Positions 27,636 to 42,274 of a DNA stretch of 64,000 bases are shown piece by piece; the stretch's first letter is position 1; each line of letters opens with the position of its first letter. The notes under the pieces are model-generated. The model had not been told where the DNA came from. It worked only from the letters and a program-made list of their open reading frames with translations, and searched no databases. The stretch comes from Escherichia coli. Its GTDB lineage: Bacteria; Pseudomonadota; Gammaproteobacteria; Enterobacterales; Enterobacteriaceae. The stretch is from assembly GCF_030384885.1 (NCBI RefSeq), contig NZ_CP128613.1; one strand, written 5' to 3'. The position numbers were made by a program, and so were the translations under genes.

Positions 27636-27850
27636 CGGAATACCTTACATTGATGAAGCGAGCAAAAATTACCCGCACCAGTTAAAGAAATTAGGGCGGG
27701 AGTATACTGCAAATGGCTGTTTTCGTCAGCAACGTGCGCGTGGCGTATTGCCGTTTTCACCATTGCATCAGAAGTGGCGTGAAATCAGCGGTTGGTTGGC
27801 GCAGGGCAACAGGGTAAATTAACGCTTTTACTGAAAGACGAAGAGTGATT

Positions 27851-28417
27851 ATGGCGAACTGGCAATCTATCGACGAGCTGCAGGATATTGCATCGGATTT
27901 ACCGCGATTTACCCACGCATTAGATGAACTTTCCCGCCGTCTGGGGTTGGATATCACTCCACTGACTGCCGATCACATTTCTTTGCGTTGCCATCAAAAC
28001 GTCACCGCTGAACGCTGGCGTCGCGGGTTTGAACAGTGCGGCGAGCTTTTGTCAGAAAATATGATCAATGGCAGGCCGATTTGTCTGTTTAAATTGCATG
28101 AACCGGTACAGGTTGCGCACTGGCAGTTTTCAATTGTAGAGCTACCGTGGCCTGGGGAAAAACGTTACCCGCACGAAGGTTGGGAACATATTGAAATCGT
28201 TCTGCCAGGTGATCCTGAAACGTTGAATGCCCGTGCGCTGGCATTGCTTTCTGATGAAGGACTCAGCCTTCCGGGGATCTCGGTTAAAACCAGTTCGCCA
28301 AAAGGTGAGCATGAGCGATTACCGAATCCGACACTGGCGGTCACCGATAGCAAAACGACGATTAAATTTCATCCGTGGTCCATTGAAGAGATCGTTGCCA
28401 GCGAGCAGCCGGCGTAA
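27851..28417 (+). CDS. yecM: Uncharacterised protein YecM (188 aa)
   Basis: Track ORF trimmed to the ATG at 27851 (MANWQSIDELQDIASDLPRFTHALDEL...). Confidence 0.88.
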   Translation: MANWQSIDELQDIASDLPRFTHALDELSRRLGLDITPLTADHISLRCHQNVTAERWRRGFEQCGELLSENMINGRPICLFKLHEPVQVAHWQFSIVELPWPGEKRYPHEGWEHIEIVLPGDPETLNARALALLSDEGLSLPGISVKTSSPKGEHERLPNPTLAVTDSKTTIKFHPWSIEEIVASEQPA

Positions 28418-28421
28418 TTAA

Positions 28422-29177
<756 letters not shown>

Positions 29178-29223
29178 TTTTTACCGTTGCATCATGTCGC
29201 CCAATATGATGCTTGCTCGTACC

Positions 29224-29257
29224 AGGCCCCTGCAATTTCAACAGGGGCCTTTTTTTA
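29224..29257 (+). terminator. Rho-independent terminator after cutC
   Basis: Stem aggcccctg/caggggcct, loop caatttcaa, followed by T7. Confidence 0.8.
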
Positions 29258-29562
29258 TCCCCGAGAAGTATAAAAAACGAACGATTTCTGTGATCAGTTG
29301 AGCGCGTGACAGTGCGCATAGCGTTGTGCTAAAAATTTTTATATATTCATATTAATTATGTAATTTAAATTACTAAAACTGACAAATATATATTCTAAAT
29401 AACAACTGGGTTATTCCTTAGCAATTAATGATTACATTGTAATAAATCATATTCTTTATCGATTATTTCAGGCAGTGTTGTGCCGAATTATGCAAGCGGT
29501 CAATTCGTTGTGTATTTAATTATACAATGATTTCGGTGTTCTGGAATTAATTAGAGGAATCT

Positions 29563-30663
29563 ATGCGAGGGAAAAAACGCATTGGGTTATTATTTTTGCT
29601 GATAACGGTTGTGGTTGGTGGCGGCGGGTTATTACTGGCGCAAAAAGCCTTACATAAAACGTCGGATACCGCATTTTGCCTTTCCTGCCACTCGATGAGT
29701 AAACCTTTTGAGGAATATCAGGGAACTGTCCACTTTTCTAACCAGAAAGGGATACGTGCGGAATGTGCCGATTGCCATATTCCAAAGTCAGGGGTGGATT
29801 ATTTATTTGCTAAATTAAAAGCTTCTAAAGATATTTATCATGAATTTGTTAGCGGCAAAATAGACAGTGACGATAAGTTCGAAGCGCATCGTCAGGAAAT
29901 GGCCGAAACAGTATGGAAAGAATTAAAAGCAACTGATTCTGCAACGTGTCGTAGTTGCCATTCTTTTGATGCCATGGATATTGCCTCGCAAAGTGAATCT
30001 GCGCAGAAAATGCATAACAAAGCGCAAAAGGACGGCGAAACCTGCATCGATTGTCATAAAGGCATTGCCCATTTTCCACCAGAAATAAAAATGGATGACA
30101 ACGCGGCGCATGAGCTGGAAAGTCAGGCCGCTACTTCAGTTACCAATGGCGCACATATTTATCCTTTCAAAACTTCTCGCATAGGCGAGCTGGCTACCGT
30201 GAATCCTGGTACCGATCTCACCGTCGTTGATGCCAGTGGCAAACAGCCGATCGTTCTGTTGCAGGGTTATCAAATGCAGGGCAGTGAAAACACGCTCTAC
30301 CTGTCGGCAGGTCAACGGCTGGCGCTAGCCACATTAAGTGAAGAAGGTATCAAGGCGTTAACGGTAAACGGGGAATGGCAGGCTGACGAATACGGCAATC
30401 AATGGCGTCAGGCGTCTTTACAGGGTGTGCTTACCGATCCCGCATTAGCGGACCGTAAACCGCTATGGCAATACGCTGAAAAACTTGACGATACCTATTG
30501 CGCTGGTTGCCATGCCCCTATTGCCTCCGACCATTACACCGTCAATGCATGGCCGTCCATTGCCAAAGGAATGGGTGCGCGAACCAGCATGAGCGAAAAC
30601 GAACTGGACATTTTGACGCGGTACTTCCAGTACAACGCCAAAGATATTACCGAGAAACAGTGA
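29563..30663 (+). CDS. torY: Pentahaem c-type cytochrome TorY (NapC/NirT family; 366 aa)
   Basis: [27 protein letters not shown]...; multiple CxxCH haem motifs; AT-rich promoter region upstream. Confidence 0.93.
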   Translation: MRGKKRIGLLFLLITVVVGGGGLLLAQKALHKTSDTAFCLSCHSMSKPFEEYQGTVHFSNQKGIRAECADCHIPKSGVDYLFAKLKASKDIYHEFVSGKIDSDDKFEAHRQEMAETVWKELKATDSATCRSCHSFDAMDIASQSESAQKMHNKAQKDGETCIDCHKGIAHFPPEIKMDDNAAHELESQAATSVTNGAHIYPFKTSRIGELATVNPGTDLTVVDASGKQPIVLLQGYQMQGSENTLYLSAGQRLALATLSEEGIKALTVNGEWQADEYGNQWRQASLQGVLTDPALADRKPLWQYAEKLDDTYCAGCHAPIASDHYTVNAWPSIAKGMGARTSMSENELDILTRYFQYNAKDITEKQ

Positions 30664-30687
30664 TCCTCGTTGATCAGGGAGGAAGTT

Positions 30688-33117
30688 ATGACATTAACAA
30701 GACGTGAATTTATTAAACACAGCGGTATTGCCGCTGGGGCGCTGGTGGTGACATCGGCTGCACCGCTACCCGCATGGGCAGAAGAGAAGGGGGGCAAAAT
30801 CCTCACCGCGGGCCGTTGGGGAGCGATGAACGTAGAAGTGAAGGACGGGAAGATTGTTTCTTCGACAGGCGCGCTGGCGAAAACCATACCGAACTCCTTA
30901 CAGTCTACGGCGGCGGATCAGGTACATACAACGGCGCGTATTCAGCATCCGATGGTGAGAAAAAGCTATCTCGATAATCCACTACAACCGGCGAAAGGTC
31001 GTGGCGAAGATACTTATGTACAGGTGAGCTGGGAACAAGCATTAAAACTTATTCATGAGCAACACGATCGCATTCGCAAAGCTAACGGACCATCGGCCAT
31101 TTTTGCCGGATCTTACGGCTGGCGCTCTTCTGGCGTGTTACATAAAGCGCAAACCTTACTGCAACGTTATATGAATCTTGCGGGCGGTTATTCAGGGCAT
31201 AGCGGCGATTATTCAACCGGGGCGGCACAGGTAATCATGCCGCACGTGGTGGGTTCCGTGGAGGTGTATGAACAGCAGACCTCCTGGCCACTGATTCTGG
31301 AAAACAGTCAGGTGGTGGTGTTGTGGGGGATGAACCCGCTGAATACCTTAAAAATTGCCTGGAGCAGTACCGATGAGCAAGGGCTGGAATACTTCCATCA
31401 GCTGAAAAAATCTGGCAAACCAGTGATTGCCATTGATCCTATCCGCTCCGAAACCATCGAATTCTTTGGCGACAATGCTACCTGGATCGCGCCAAATATG
31501 GGCACCGACGTGGCGCTGATGTTGGGGATTGCACATACCCTGATGACACTAGGCAAACACGATAAAGTGTTCCTTGAAAAATACACCACCGGGTATCCGC
31601 AGTTTGAAGAGTATCTGACAGGTAAGAGCGATAATACGCCGAAGAGCGCGGCCTGGGCGGCGGAAATTACTGGCGTAGCGGAAGCGCAGATAGTCAAACT
31701 CGCTGAACTGATGGCGGCAAATCGCACAATGCTGATGGCAGGCTGGGGAATTCAGCGCCAGCAATATGGTGAACAGAAACACTGGATGCTGGTGACGCTG
31801 GCGGCGATGTTAGGGCAGATTGGTACACCGGGCGGCGGGTTTGGTTTCTCTTATCATTACTCAAACGGTGGCAACCCGACGCGTGTTGGCGGAGTGCTGC
31901 CGGAAATGTCTGCGGCGATTGCCGGACAGGCCAGCGAGGCCGCTGATGATGGCGGAATGACGGCGATTCCTGTTGCCCGTATCGTCGATGCGCTGGAAAA
32001 TCCTGGCGGCAAATATCAGCATAACGGTAAAGAACAAACGTATCCGAATATCAAAATGATCTGGTGGGCGGGTGGCGGTAACTTTACCCATCACCAGGAT
32101 ACTAATCGTCTGATTAAAGCATGGCAGAAACCGGAGATGATCGTCGTTTCTGAATGCTACTGGACCGCAGCTGCTAAACATGCAGATATCGTATTACCGA
32201 TCACCACATCGTTTGAGCGCAATGACTTGACGATGACCGGTGATTACAGCAACCAGCATATTGTACCGATGAAGCAGGCTGTCGCTCCGCAATTTGAAGC
32301 GCGTAACGATTTTGATGTGTTTGCCGATCTTGCTGAATTACTCAAACCTGGCGGAAAAGAGATCTATACCGAAGGTAGAGATGAAATGGCGTGGCTGAAA
32401 TTTTTCTATGATGCCGCTCAGAAAGGTGCGCGTGCGCAACGCGTGACTATGCCGATGTTTAATGCTTTCTGGCAGCAAAATAAACTGATCGAAATGCGCC
32501 GCAGCGAGAAGAACGAACAGTACGTTCGTTATGCTGATTTCCGCGCCGATCCGGTGAAAAATGCGCTGGGTACGCCAAGCGGCAAAATTGAGATTTACTC
32601 CAAAACGCTGGAAAAATTTGGCTATAAGGATTGCCCGGCACACCCAACCTGGCTTGCGCCTGATGAGTGGAAAGGTTCCGCCGACGAGAAGCAGTTGCAG
32701 CTTCTGACCGCACATCCGGCACACCGTTTACACAGTCAGCTTAACTATGCGGAACTGCGTAAAAAATATGCGGTTGCCGATCGTGAACCGATCACTATTC
32801 ACACCGAAGATGCTGCTCGCTTTGGTATTGCGAATGGCGATCTGGTGCGTGTCTGGAACAAACGTGGTCAGATTCTGACAGGCGCGGTGGTGACTGACGG
32901 GATCAAAAAAGGCGTGGTATGCGTGCATGAAGGTGCATGGCCAGATCTGGAAAATGGCTTGTGTAAAAACGGCAGTGCGAACGTGTTAACGGCGGATATC
33001 CCCAGCTCTCAGCTGGCAAATGCCTGTGCCGGTAACTCTGCGCTGGTGTATATCGAAAAATATACGGGCAATGCACCGAAGTTAACGGCGTTTGATCAGC
33101 CAGCTGTTCAGGCATAA
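30688..33117 (+). CDS. torZ: Trimethylamine-N-oxide reductase 2, TorZ (molybdoenzyme; 809 aa)
   Basis: Track ORF trimmed to the ATG at 30688 with RBS GGGAGGAAG; twin-arginine signal [21 protein letters not shown]. Confidence 0.93.
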   Translation: MTLTRREFIKHSGIAAGALVVTSAAPLPAWAEEKGGKILTAGRWGAMNVEVKDGKIVSSTGALAKTIPNSLQSTAADQVHTTARIQHPMVRKSYLDNPLQPAKGRGEDTYVQVSWEQALKLIHEQHDRIRKANGPSAIFAGSYGWRSSGVLHKAQTLLQRYMNLAGGYSGHSGDYSTGAAQVIMPHVVGSVEVYEQQTSWPLILENSQVVVLWGMNPLNTLKIAWSSTDEQGLEYFHQLKKSGKPVIAIDPIRSETIEFFGDNATWIAPNMGTDVALMLGIAHTLMTLGKHDKVFLEKYTTGYPQFEEYLTGKSDNTPKSAAWAAEITGVAEAQIVKLAELMAANRTMLMAGWGIQRQQYGEQKHWMLVTLAAMLGQIGTPGGGFGFSYHYSNGGNPTRVGGVLPEMSAAIAGQASEAADDGGMTAIPVARIVDALENPGGKYQHNGKEQTYPNIKMIWWAGGGNFTHHQDTNRLIKAWQKPEMIVVSECYWTAAAKHADIVLPITTSFERNDLTMTGDYSNQHIVPMKQAVAPQFEARNDFDVFADLAELLKPGGKEIYTEGRDEMAWLKFFYDAAQKGARAQRVTMPMFNAFWQQNKLIEMRRSEKNEQYVRYADFRADPVKNALGTPSGKIEIYSKTLEKFGYKDCPAHPTWLAPDEWKGSADEKQLQLLTAHPAHRLHSQLNYAELRKKYAVADREPITIHTEDAARFGIANGDLVRVWNKRGQILTGAVVTDGIKKGVVCVHEGAWPDLENGLCKNGSANVLTADIPSSQLANACAGNSALVYIEKYTGNAPKLTAFDQPAVQA

Positions 33118-33126
33118 GACGTGAAA

Positions 33127-33146
33127 AGCGCCCGGAAACGGGCGCT
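33127..33146. terminator. GC-rich hairpin after torZ (agcgcccg-gaaa-cgggcgct); putative terminator
   Basis: Perfect 8-bp stem; weak U-run on either strand. Confidence 0.4.
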
Positions 33147-33167
33147 GAGGTTATGCAAACGTAAAAC

Positions 33168-33272
33168 TGCCTGATGCGCTATGCTTATCAGACCTACATA
33201 GTCCCTGCAACATATTGAATTAAAAAGGCTTTGTAGGCCGGATAAGGCGTTCACGCCGCATCCGGCAGTAAT
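33168..33272. repeat. REP/BIME elements between torZ and cmoB
   Basis: gcctgatgcgctatgcttatcagacctac ... gtaggccggataaggcgttcacgccgcatccggca: canonical REP units. Confidence 0.75.
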
Positions 33273-33281
33273 ACCAGACCT

Positions 33282-35429
<2,148 letters not shown>

Positions 35430-35481
35430 ACAAACTCCCTTTAAAATGGCCGATGGCACCTGTCTATGATAGGTGGCAAAT

Positions 35482-36300
35482 TCAGAAAAGAGAAGATTGC
35501 TGTGGAATAGCCGGAACTGCTCCGATCTCTGGAAGTGTTTTACGTAAGCCTTCCCACAGGGTATGTACCAGTTCCGGTGCCTGGGCAATATCTGGCGTAT
35601 GTAAAAAAAGATAAGGCGTAGTGGTCTGATGCCACTGCGCTAATTTTTGTAACCAAACCTGAAACAACTCTCGGTTTTGCGTCATATCATCACTACCGAT
35701 AAAACGGATCAGCGGATTTGTCGCCGTCAGCACAGCATGTACGGGAACTTTAGGTTTTTTCCGTTGAGCGTCGCGAATAGCTTCACTGTGTGGGCGTGCT
35801 GCATGAACCGGGCGGCTGTCTAAAATCACCCGATTAACGCCGCGCTGATGTAAACCGCGATTAAGCGTTTGTTCCTCTTCCCCTTTGGCGAAAAACTGTG
35901 GATGGCGGACTTCCACACCATAATTAAACTCGCCGGGAAGAGAGTCGAGAAAATGCCAAAGCGCAGGCAGATCCCGTGGGCCAAATGTGGCAGGCAGTTG
36001 CAGCCAGTATTGCCCAATGCGCGGCGCTAACGGTGACAAGCGAGTCAAAAATTCAGTTACTAAATCATCGCAATGCCGTAATGCTGCCTGATGCGAAATG
36101 GTCGCCGGAAACTTAAAACAGAAGCGAAAATTATCTGTGGTCTGCTCACGCCAGCGCAGGACAACCTCGGATTTTGGCAGGGCGTAAAGCGTGGTGTTGC
36201 CCTCCACACAGTTAAAGTGGCGGGCATACTCTTCAAGGCTGGTGATCCCCAACCGCACCCATTTAGGATGCGACCATTGCGGCAGACCGATGTAAATCAT
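35482..36300 (-). CDS. yecE: DUF72 family protein YecE (272 aa)
   Basis: [37 protein letters not shown]... matches remembered YecE. Confidence 0.9.
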   Translation of the reverse strand: MIYIGLPQWSHPKWVRLGITSLEEYARHFNCVEGNTTLYALPKSEVVLRWREQTTDNFRFCFKFPATISHQAALRHCDDLVTEFLTRLSPLAPRIGQYWLQLPATFGPRDLPALWHFLDSLPGEFNYGVEVRHPQFFAKGEEEQTLNRGLHQRGVNRVILDSRPVHAARPHSEAIRDAQRKKPKVPVHAVLTATNPLIRFIGSDDMTQNRELFQVWLQKLAQWHQTTTPYLFLHTPDIAQAPELVHTLWEGLRKTLPEIGAVPAIPQQSSLF

Positions 36301-36863
36301 AATGCGTTGAGGATCTCTTCCACACTGCGCACACGGGCGATGCGTGGGTAGATATGGTTGATGCTGTTATTGTGCTGCTCGGCGCTGGCGGCGCTGCAGG
36401 CGTCTTCGGCAATCACCAGATTAAAACCGAGTTCCCAGGCATTGCGGGCGGTGGATTCAACACCGATATTGGTCGAGATCCCACATAACACTATTGTATC
36501 GATACCCCGGCGGCGTAACTGCAACTCCAGATCCGTACCGTAAAACGCACCCCATTGACGTTTGATGATTTCGATGTCGCTGTCGGTTGCACCTAATGCA
36601 GCAGGATGTTGCCACCAGTTTTCGGGCAACACTTTAGCGGGGGAGGGGGCATCAACCGGCTGTTTTAATGCTTCGGCGTAATCGGTAGACCAACCAACGC
36701 GCACCAGAAACACGGGCTGACCGTTCGCGCGAAATTTCGCCGTCAGCTTCCCTGCTCGATTAACCACCTCATCGGCAGTATGAGGACCACCGGCAAAAGG
36801 TAAGATGCCTTCTTGTAAGTCAATTACCACCAGCGCAGTGGTTTTAGCATTCAGTTCAAGCAT
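36297..36863 (-). CDS. yecD: Isochorismatase-family hydrolase YecD (188 aa)
   Basis: Track ORF trimmed to [26 protein letters not shown]...; 4-nt overlap with yecE. Confidence 0.9.
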   Translation of the reverse strand: MLELNAKTTALVVIDLQEGILPFAGGPHTADEVVNRAGKLTAKFRANGQPVFLVRVGWSTDYAEALKQPVDAPSPAKVLPENWWQHPAALGATDSDIEIIKRQWGAFYGTDLELQLRRRGIDTIVLCGISTNIGVESTARNAWELGFNLVIAEDACSAASAEQHNNSINHIYPRIARVRSVEEILNAL

Positions 36864-37172
36864 GATGACTCCTGACAAAACAAAATCGTGCCTCTCACCT
36901 TAATGCGATTAGCCGATGGCGGAACGACAAATTTTGTTAATTTTTATGAGTTCGGGCAACACCTTTATAGCAAACTGGCGTAGAGTCTGATTTCAGGCCC
37001 GATATAAAGTGGTAACGAGGCGTTCCAGCGCGGGCCAGGCTCTTACGGTGCGGCAGAATTTCCAGTATAATAGCCGCCTTTTTTCATTCAGTTGTGACAT
37101 ACAGCTAACGCTGCGACTTGGTCACCTGCGCAGCAGGGGGCATCCGCCGGCAGCTAAGTTAAGGGATATCTC

Positions 37173-38945
37173 ATGCGTACAGAATATTGTGGACAGCTCC
37201 GTTTGTCCCACGTGGGGCAGCAGGTGACTCTGTGTGGTTGGGTCAACCGTCGTCGTGATCTTGGTAGCCTGATCTTCATCGATATGCGCGACCGCGAAGG
37301 TATCGTGCAGGTATTTTTCGATCCGGATCGTGCGGACGCGTTAAAGCTGGCCTCTGAACTGCGTAATGAGTTCTGCATTCAGGTCACGGGCACCGTACGT
37401 GCGCGTGACGAAAAAAATATCAACCGCGATATGGCGACCGGCGAAATCGAAGTGCTGGCCTCCTCGCTGACCATCATCAACCGCGCAGACGTTCTGCCGC
37501 TTGACTCTAACCACGTCAACACCGAAGAAGCGCGTCTGAAATACCGCTACCTCGACCTGCGTCGTCCGGAAATGGCTCAGCGCCTGAAAACCCGCGCTAA
37601 AATCACCAGCCTGGTGCGCCGTTTTATGGATGACCACGGCTTCCTCGACATCGAAACTCCGATGCTGACCAAAGCCACGCCGGAAGGCGCGCGTGACTAC
37701 CTGGTGCCTTCTCGTGTGCACAAAGGGAAATTCTACGCACTGCCGCAGTCTCCGCAGTTGTTCAAACAGCTGCTGATGATGTCTGGTTTTGACCGCTACT
37801 ATCAGATTGTAAAATGCTTCCGTGACGAAGACCTGCGTGCTGATCGTCAGCCTGAATTCACCCAGATCGATGTGGAAACCTCTTTCATGACCGCGCCGCA
37901 AGTGCGTGAAGTGATGGAAGCGCTGGTACGCCATTTGTGGCTGGAAGTGAAGGGCGTGGATCTCGGTGATTTCCCTGTAATGACCTTTGCGGAAGCAGAA
38001 CGCCGTTATGGTTCTGATAAACCGGATCTGCGTAACCCGATGGAACTGACTGACGTTGCTGATCTGCTGAAATCCGTTGAGTTCGCGGTATTCGCAGGTC
38101 CGGCGAACGATCCGAAAGGCCGCGTTGCTGCTCTGCGTGTTCCGGGTGGCGCATCGCTGACCCGTAAGCAGATCGACGAATACGGTAACTTCGTTAAAAT
38201 CTACGGCGCGAAAGGTCTGGCGTACATCAAAGTTAACGAACGTGCGAAAGGTCTGGAAGGTATCAACAGCCCGGTAGCGAAGTTCCTCAACGCTGAAATC
38301 ATCGAAGCCATCCTGGATCGTACTGCCGCGCAAGATGGCGATATGATTTTCTTCGGTGCTGATAACAAGAAAATTGTTGCCGACGCGATGGGCGCATTGC
38401 GTCTGAAAGTGGGTAAAGACCTTGGTCTGACCGACGAAAGCAAATGGGCACCGCTGTGGGTTATCGACTTCCCGATGTTTGAAGACGACGGTGAAGGCGG
38501 CCTGACGGCAATGCACCATCCGTTCACCTCACCGAAAGACATGACGGCGGCAGAGTTGAAAGCTGCACCGGAAAATGCGGTGGCGAACGCTTACGATATG
38601 GTCATCAATGGTTACGAAGTGGGCGGTGGTTCTGTGCGTATCCATAATGGTGATATGCAGCAGACGGTGTTTGGCATTCTGGGGATCAACGAAGAGGAAC
38701 AGCGCGAGAAATTCGGCTTCCTGCTCGATGCCCTGAAATACGGTACTCCGCCGCACGCAGGTCTGGCATTCGGTCTTGACCGTCTGACCATGCTGCTGAC
38801 CGGTACCGACAACATCCGTGACGTTATCGCCTTCCCGAAAACCACGGCGGCAGCATGTCTGATGACCGAAGCGCCAAGCTTTGCTAACCCGACTGCCCTG
38901 TCCGAGCTGAGCATTCAGGTTGTGAAGAAGGCAGAGAATAATTGA
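37173..38945 (+). CDS. aspS: Aspartate--tRNA ligase AspS (590 aa)
   Basis: [49 protein letters not shown]...; class II aaRS motifs. Confidence 0.97.
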   Translation: MRTEYCGQLRLSHVGQQVTLCGWVNRRRDLGSLIFIDMRDREGIVQVFFDPDRADALKLASELRNEFCIQVTGTVRARDEKNINRDMATGEIEVLASSLTIINRADVLPLDSNHVNTEEARLKYRYLDLRRPEMAQRLKTRAKITSLVRRFMDDHGFLDIETPMLTKATPEGARDYLVPSRVHKGKFYALPQSPQLFKQLLMMSGFDRYYQIVKCFRDEDLRADRQPEFTQIDVETSFMTAPQVREVMEALVRHLWLEVKGVDLGDFPVMTFAEAERRYGSDKPDLRNPMELTDVADLLKSVEFAVFAGPANDPKGRVAALRVPGGASLTRKQIDEYGNFVKIYGAKGLAYIKVNERAKGLEGINSPVAKFLNAEIIEAILDRTAAQDGDMIFFGADNKKIVADAMGALRLKVGKDLGLTDESKWAPLWVIDFPMFEDDGEGGLTAMHHPFTSPKDMTAAELKAAPENAVANAYDMVINGYEVGGGSVRIHNGDMQQTVFGILGINEEEQREKFGFLLDALKYGTPPHAGLAFGLDRLTMLLTGTDNIRDVIAFPKTTAAACLMTEAPSFANPTALSELSIQVVKKAENN

Positions 38946-38946
38946 T

Positions 38947-39390
38947 ATGACTTATAAGCGTCCCGTTTCTATTCTGGTGGTTATTTATGCGCAAGATACG
39001 AAACGGGTGCTGATGTTACAGCGGCGTGATGATCCCGATTTCTGGCAGTCGGTAACCGGCAGTGTGGAAGAGGGGGAAACCGCGCCGCAAGCCGCCATGC
39101 GCGAAGTAAAGGAAGAGGTCACCATTGATGTTGTCGCTGAACAACTGACCTTAATTGACTGTCAGCGCACGGTGGAGTTTGAAATTTTTTCACATTTACG
39201 TCATCGCTATGCGCCGGGCGTAACGCGTAATACGGAATCTTGGTTCTGTCTTGCACTCCCGCACGAGCGCCAGATCGTTTTCACTGAACATCTGGCCTAC
39301 AAGTGGCTTGATGCGCATGCTGCGGCGGCGCTCACAAAGTCATGGAGCAACCGGCAGGCGATTGAACAGTTTGTAATTAACGCTGCCTGA
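38947..39390 (+). CDS. nudB: Dihydroneopterin triphosphate pyrophosphatase NudB (Nudix; 147 aa here)
   Basis: [58 protein letters not shown] (Nudix box); start 1 nt after the aspS stop; N-terminus appears 3 codons shorter than the K-12 protein as I remember it. Confidence 0.88.
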
Positions 39391-39418
39391 ACAGGCAGGG
39401 CTACCTGGAGATATTTTT

Positions 39419-40159
39419 ATGGCAGGTCATAGTAAATGGGCCAACACCAGACATCGTAAAGCTGCGCAGGATGCTAAGCGCGGTAAAATCTTCACTAAAA
39501 TCATTCGTGAACTGGTAACCGCGGCGAAGCTGGGCGGTGGAGATCCGGATGCTAACCCGCGTCTGCGAGCAGCCATTGACAAAGCACTGTCTAACAACAT
39601 GACCCGTGACACCCTGAACCGCGCAATTGCACGTGGTGTGGGCGGTGATGATGATGCAAACATGGAAACCATCATCTACGAAGGTTACGGTCCTGGCGGC
39701 ACGGCAATCATGATTGAATGTCTGTCTGATAACCGCAACCGTACGGTTGCTGAAGTGCGTCACGCATTCAGCAAATGTGGCGGTAACCTCGGTACTGATG
39801 GTTCCGTAGCCTATCTGTTCAGCAAAAAAGGCGTGATCTCCTTCGAGAAAGGCGATGAAGACACCATCATGGAAGCAGCTCTGGAAGCTGGTGCTGAAGA
39901 TGTTGTGACCTATGATGATGGCGCGATTGACGTCTACACTGCATGGGAGGAAATGGGCAAAGTACGCGACGCTCTGGAAGCGGCAGGTCTGAAAGCAGAC
40001 AGCGCGGAAGTTTCCATGATCCCGTCCACCAAAGCTGATATGGATGCAGAAACCGCACCGAAACTGATGCGTCTGATCGATATGCTGGAAGATTGCGACG
40101 ACGTGCAGGAAGTCTACCATAACGGTGAAATCTCTGATGAGGTTGCAGCGACTCTCTGA
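39419..40159 (+). CDS. yebC: YebC/PmpR-family transcriptional regulator YebC (246 aa)
   Basis: [40 protein letters not shown]... matches remembered YebC. Confidence 0.95.
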
Positions 40160-40193
40160 TGAGGCCTGCTAAACAGCAAAACGGAGACGCGTG

Positions 40194-40715
40194 ATGGCTA
40201 TTATTCTCGGCATTGACCCGGGTTCGCGCGTGACCGGCTATGGCGTCATCCGCCAGGTGGGCAGGCAGCTGTCCTACCTGGGTAGCGGATGTATACGCAC
40301 CAAAGTAGATGATTTACCGTCTCGTCTTAAGCTCATCTATGCGGGCGTGACGGAAATCATCACCCAGTTCCAGCCTGATTATTTCGCCATTGAACAAGTC
40401 TTTATGGCTAAAAATGCCGACTCGGCCCTGAAGCTGGGGCAGGCGCGTGGCGTGGCGATTGTGGCGGCGGTGAATCAGGAATTACCGGTATTTGAATACG
40501 CGGCACGTCAGGTAAAGCAAACGGTGGTAGGTATTGGTAGTGCCGAAAAAAGCCAGGTGCAGCATATGGTTCGCACCTTGCTGAAACTCCCCGCTAATCC
40601 TCAGGCGGATGCCGCTGATGCGCTGGCAATTGCCATCACCCACTGCCACGTTAGTCAGAATGCGATGCAGATGAGCGAATCGCGGCTGAACCTGGCGAGA
40701 GGGCGACTGCGTTAA
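40194..40715 (+). CDS. ruvC: Holliday junction resolvase RuvC (173 aa)
   Basis: [31 protein letters not shown]...; ATG at 40194 (track ORF starts one codon earlier at a GTG). Confidence 0.95.
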
Positions 40716-40716
40716 G

Positions 40717-41319
40717 TTATACCGCCTCAGTCAATTCAGGCTGAGGCGTTTCTACTCCCTCCGCATGAATCAACACCAAACCCGGATGATGCCACAAACT
40801 GGCTGGTGTTACGGTTTTACGCTCCCACGGAATCGAACCTAAAAACCAGAATTTCCAGAAAGTGAGTTTTGCGTTCGGATTGCTATTTAGCAGTTCTCCA
40901 AACGTCTCTATTTCACCCACCGGAATACATAACGCCTCTTTATAAATATCAAAAACGAATTTTGAGCAGAACTGGCGGGAAGATTCGTATTTAAAGCCGG
41001 TGTGGTAGAGCTTATGCAACCGTCCGGGGACCTTTTCGACCAGAGCAAGTTTTTGCTCTGCGGTTAAACCTCCTGCGAGGCGGCGAACACCGTAGCGTTG
41101 ATCGGTCGACCGTTCAATAAATCGTGACAAAGTTGTGATTGTGGAGAGCGGAACTCGACTCTCCGCAACCAGGTAATCATCACCGTCATGTCCGATGATT
41201 ATCCCCACATGGTTGCTCCAGCATTTCGAGGCTGCAGAGATTTGCCCAAACAGGCGAGCACCGATGCAGGTAAAAACAATATCACCGGTTTCATATTTAG
41301 CTGGGTAATTTATTTTCAC
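40717..41319 (-). CDS. yebB: Uncharacterised protein YebB (200 aa)
   Basis: [46 protein letters not shown]...; convergent with ruvC with 1 nt between the stop codons. Confidence 0.88.
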   Translation of the reverse strand: MKINYPAKYETGDIVFTCIGARLFGQISAASKCWSNHVGIIIGHDGDDYLVAESRVPLSTITTLSRFIERSTDQRYGVRRLAGGLTAEQKLALVEKVPGRLHKLYHTGFKYESSRQFCSKFVFDIYKEALCIPVGEIETFGELLNSNPNAKLTFWKFWFLGSIPWERKTVTPASLWHHPGLVLIHAEGVETPQPELTEAV

Positions 41320-41412
41320 TATATCAATCCATTATTTATATATAAAACAGCATCTATCTTTCGTGATGGTAAAGCATTAGCATTGTATTATAATAATGAC
41401 AAGGAATGTTTT

Positions 41413-42237
41413 ATGCGGTTATTTATTAATGTGATAATTATAGTTTCGATCAGTCAATGCGTGAATGTATTTGCTCAAGATAATGTCATCCGCTATCCCT
41501 GGCGATATGGACGTATTTCTTTAAATGAGAATAATGAGTTTGTGCCTCAAATTATTCATATGCGTGATGATATCTACGGCGTGGGTGAAGCTGGTGCAAG
41601 CCTTAACGATGCGAGAATGGCGCAAAGTGGTGTCGCCGTGAGGCTTAGCGTTATACAGCAGGGGCAGGTGGTGAATGCTTTACTGGATTTCTACAATAGC
41701 AATAATCAACCTGCTTATATCTTTGAAGGTGGTTTGATGCCTTGCAATAAAGCCTTTGACATCACAACAAGCAACATTGTCCTTGATGGGATGTGTGGAA
41801 TTTATGATGGGGTCGATGGCTGGCAAGTTATTCCTGCGGGTGATCATTATAAAGAATCATTTTCACTCACTCAGGCTTTTGAATTTCTGCCGGGAAAACA
41901 TCATTATAAAATTAATGCCGGAAGTTTTATCATCAGAGTCGGGGATGATATTTTTGCAAGAGAGGACGCCGAAAGCATTCTTTTTGATTTGATTAACTGG
42001 CGATATGGCTATGTGCTAAAAAGTTATGAAAGGGTGTCGAAGTGGGATTTAATGGCAGGGACTTATGTACTGCCTGAATACTCGGGGGATAAAAGAATGG
42101 ATGAGTATCGAATTTACTCAAACCAGGTGTCGATTGATCTTAATGGTGACGAGTTAGCACATACGGAGTCCTATCAGTGGCGAATTGATAGCGGAATGAT
42201 CCCGGAAAAATTCAGCGTTCAGGAACTCGCTGAATGA
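41413..42237 (+). CDS. Hypothetical secreted/periplasmic protein (274 aa), function unknown; first gene of an AT-rich islet
   Basis: Track ORF 41188-42237 trimmed to the ATG at 41413 because the upstream part overlaps yebB on the opposite strand and 41413 has an RBS (AAGGAA); N-terminus MRLFINVIIIVSISQCVNVFA|QDN looks like a Sec signal peptide; hand-counted G+C about 38-40%; no recognised family. Confidence 0.65.
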   Translation: MRLFINVIIIVSISQCVNVFAQDNVIRYPWRYGRISLNENNEFVPQIIHMRDDIYGVGEAGASLNDARMAQSGVAVRLSVIQQGQVVNALLDFYNSNNQPAYIFEGGLMPCNKAFDITTSNIVLDGMCGIYDGVDGWQVIPAGDHYKESFSLTQAFEFLPGKHHYKINAGSFIIRVGDDIFAREDAESILFDLINWRYGYVLKSYERVSKWDLMAGTYVLPEYSGDKRMDEYRIYSNQVSIDLNGDELAHTESYQWRIDSGMIPEKFSVQELAE

Positions 42238-42274
42238 ATCGTCCTCTACCTGCTTGCCAGATACAGAGGCGCGG

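Noticed and set aside
33127-33146. Hairpin after torZ as a definite intrinsic terminator
   Set aside because: The perfect stem lacks a convincing U-tract on the plus strand, so it is kept only as a low-confidence putative terminator; adjacent REP elements may provide 3'-end stabilisation instead.
37341-38519. 392-aa ORF antisense to aspS
   Set aside because: Same reasoning: embedded in aspS on the opposite strand, with a low-complexity His/Arg-rich translation.
39401-40120. 239-aa ORF antisense to yebC
   Set aside because: Embedded antisense to a conserved gene; no independent signals.
41188-41412. 5' extension of ORF A proposed by the ORF track (349-aa version)
   Set aside because: The extension overlaps the yebB coding sequence on the opposite strand and lacks an RBS; the ATG at 41413 has an RBS and yields a signal peptide at the extreme N-terminus.
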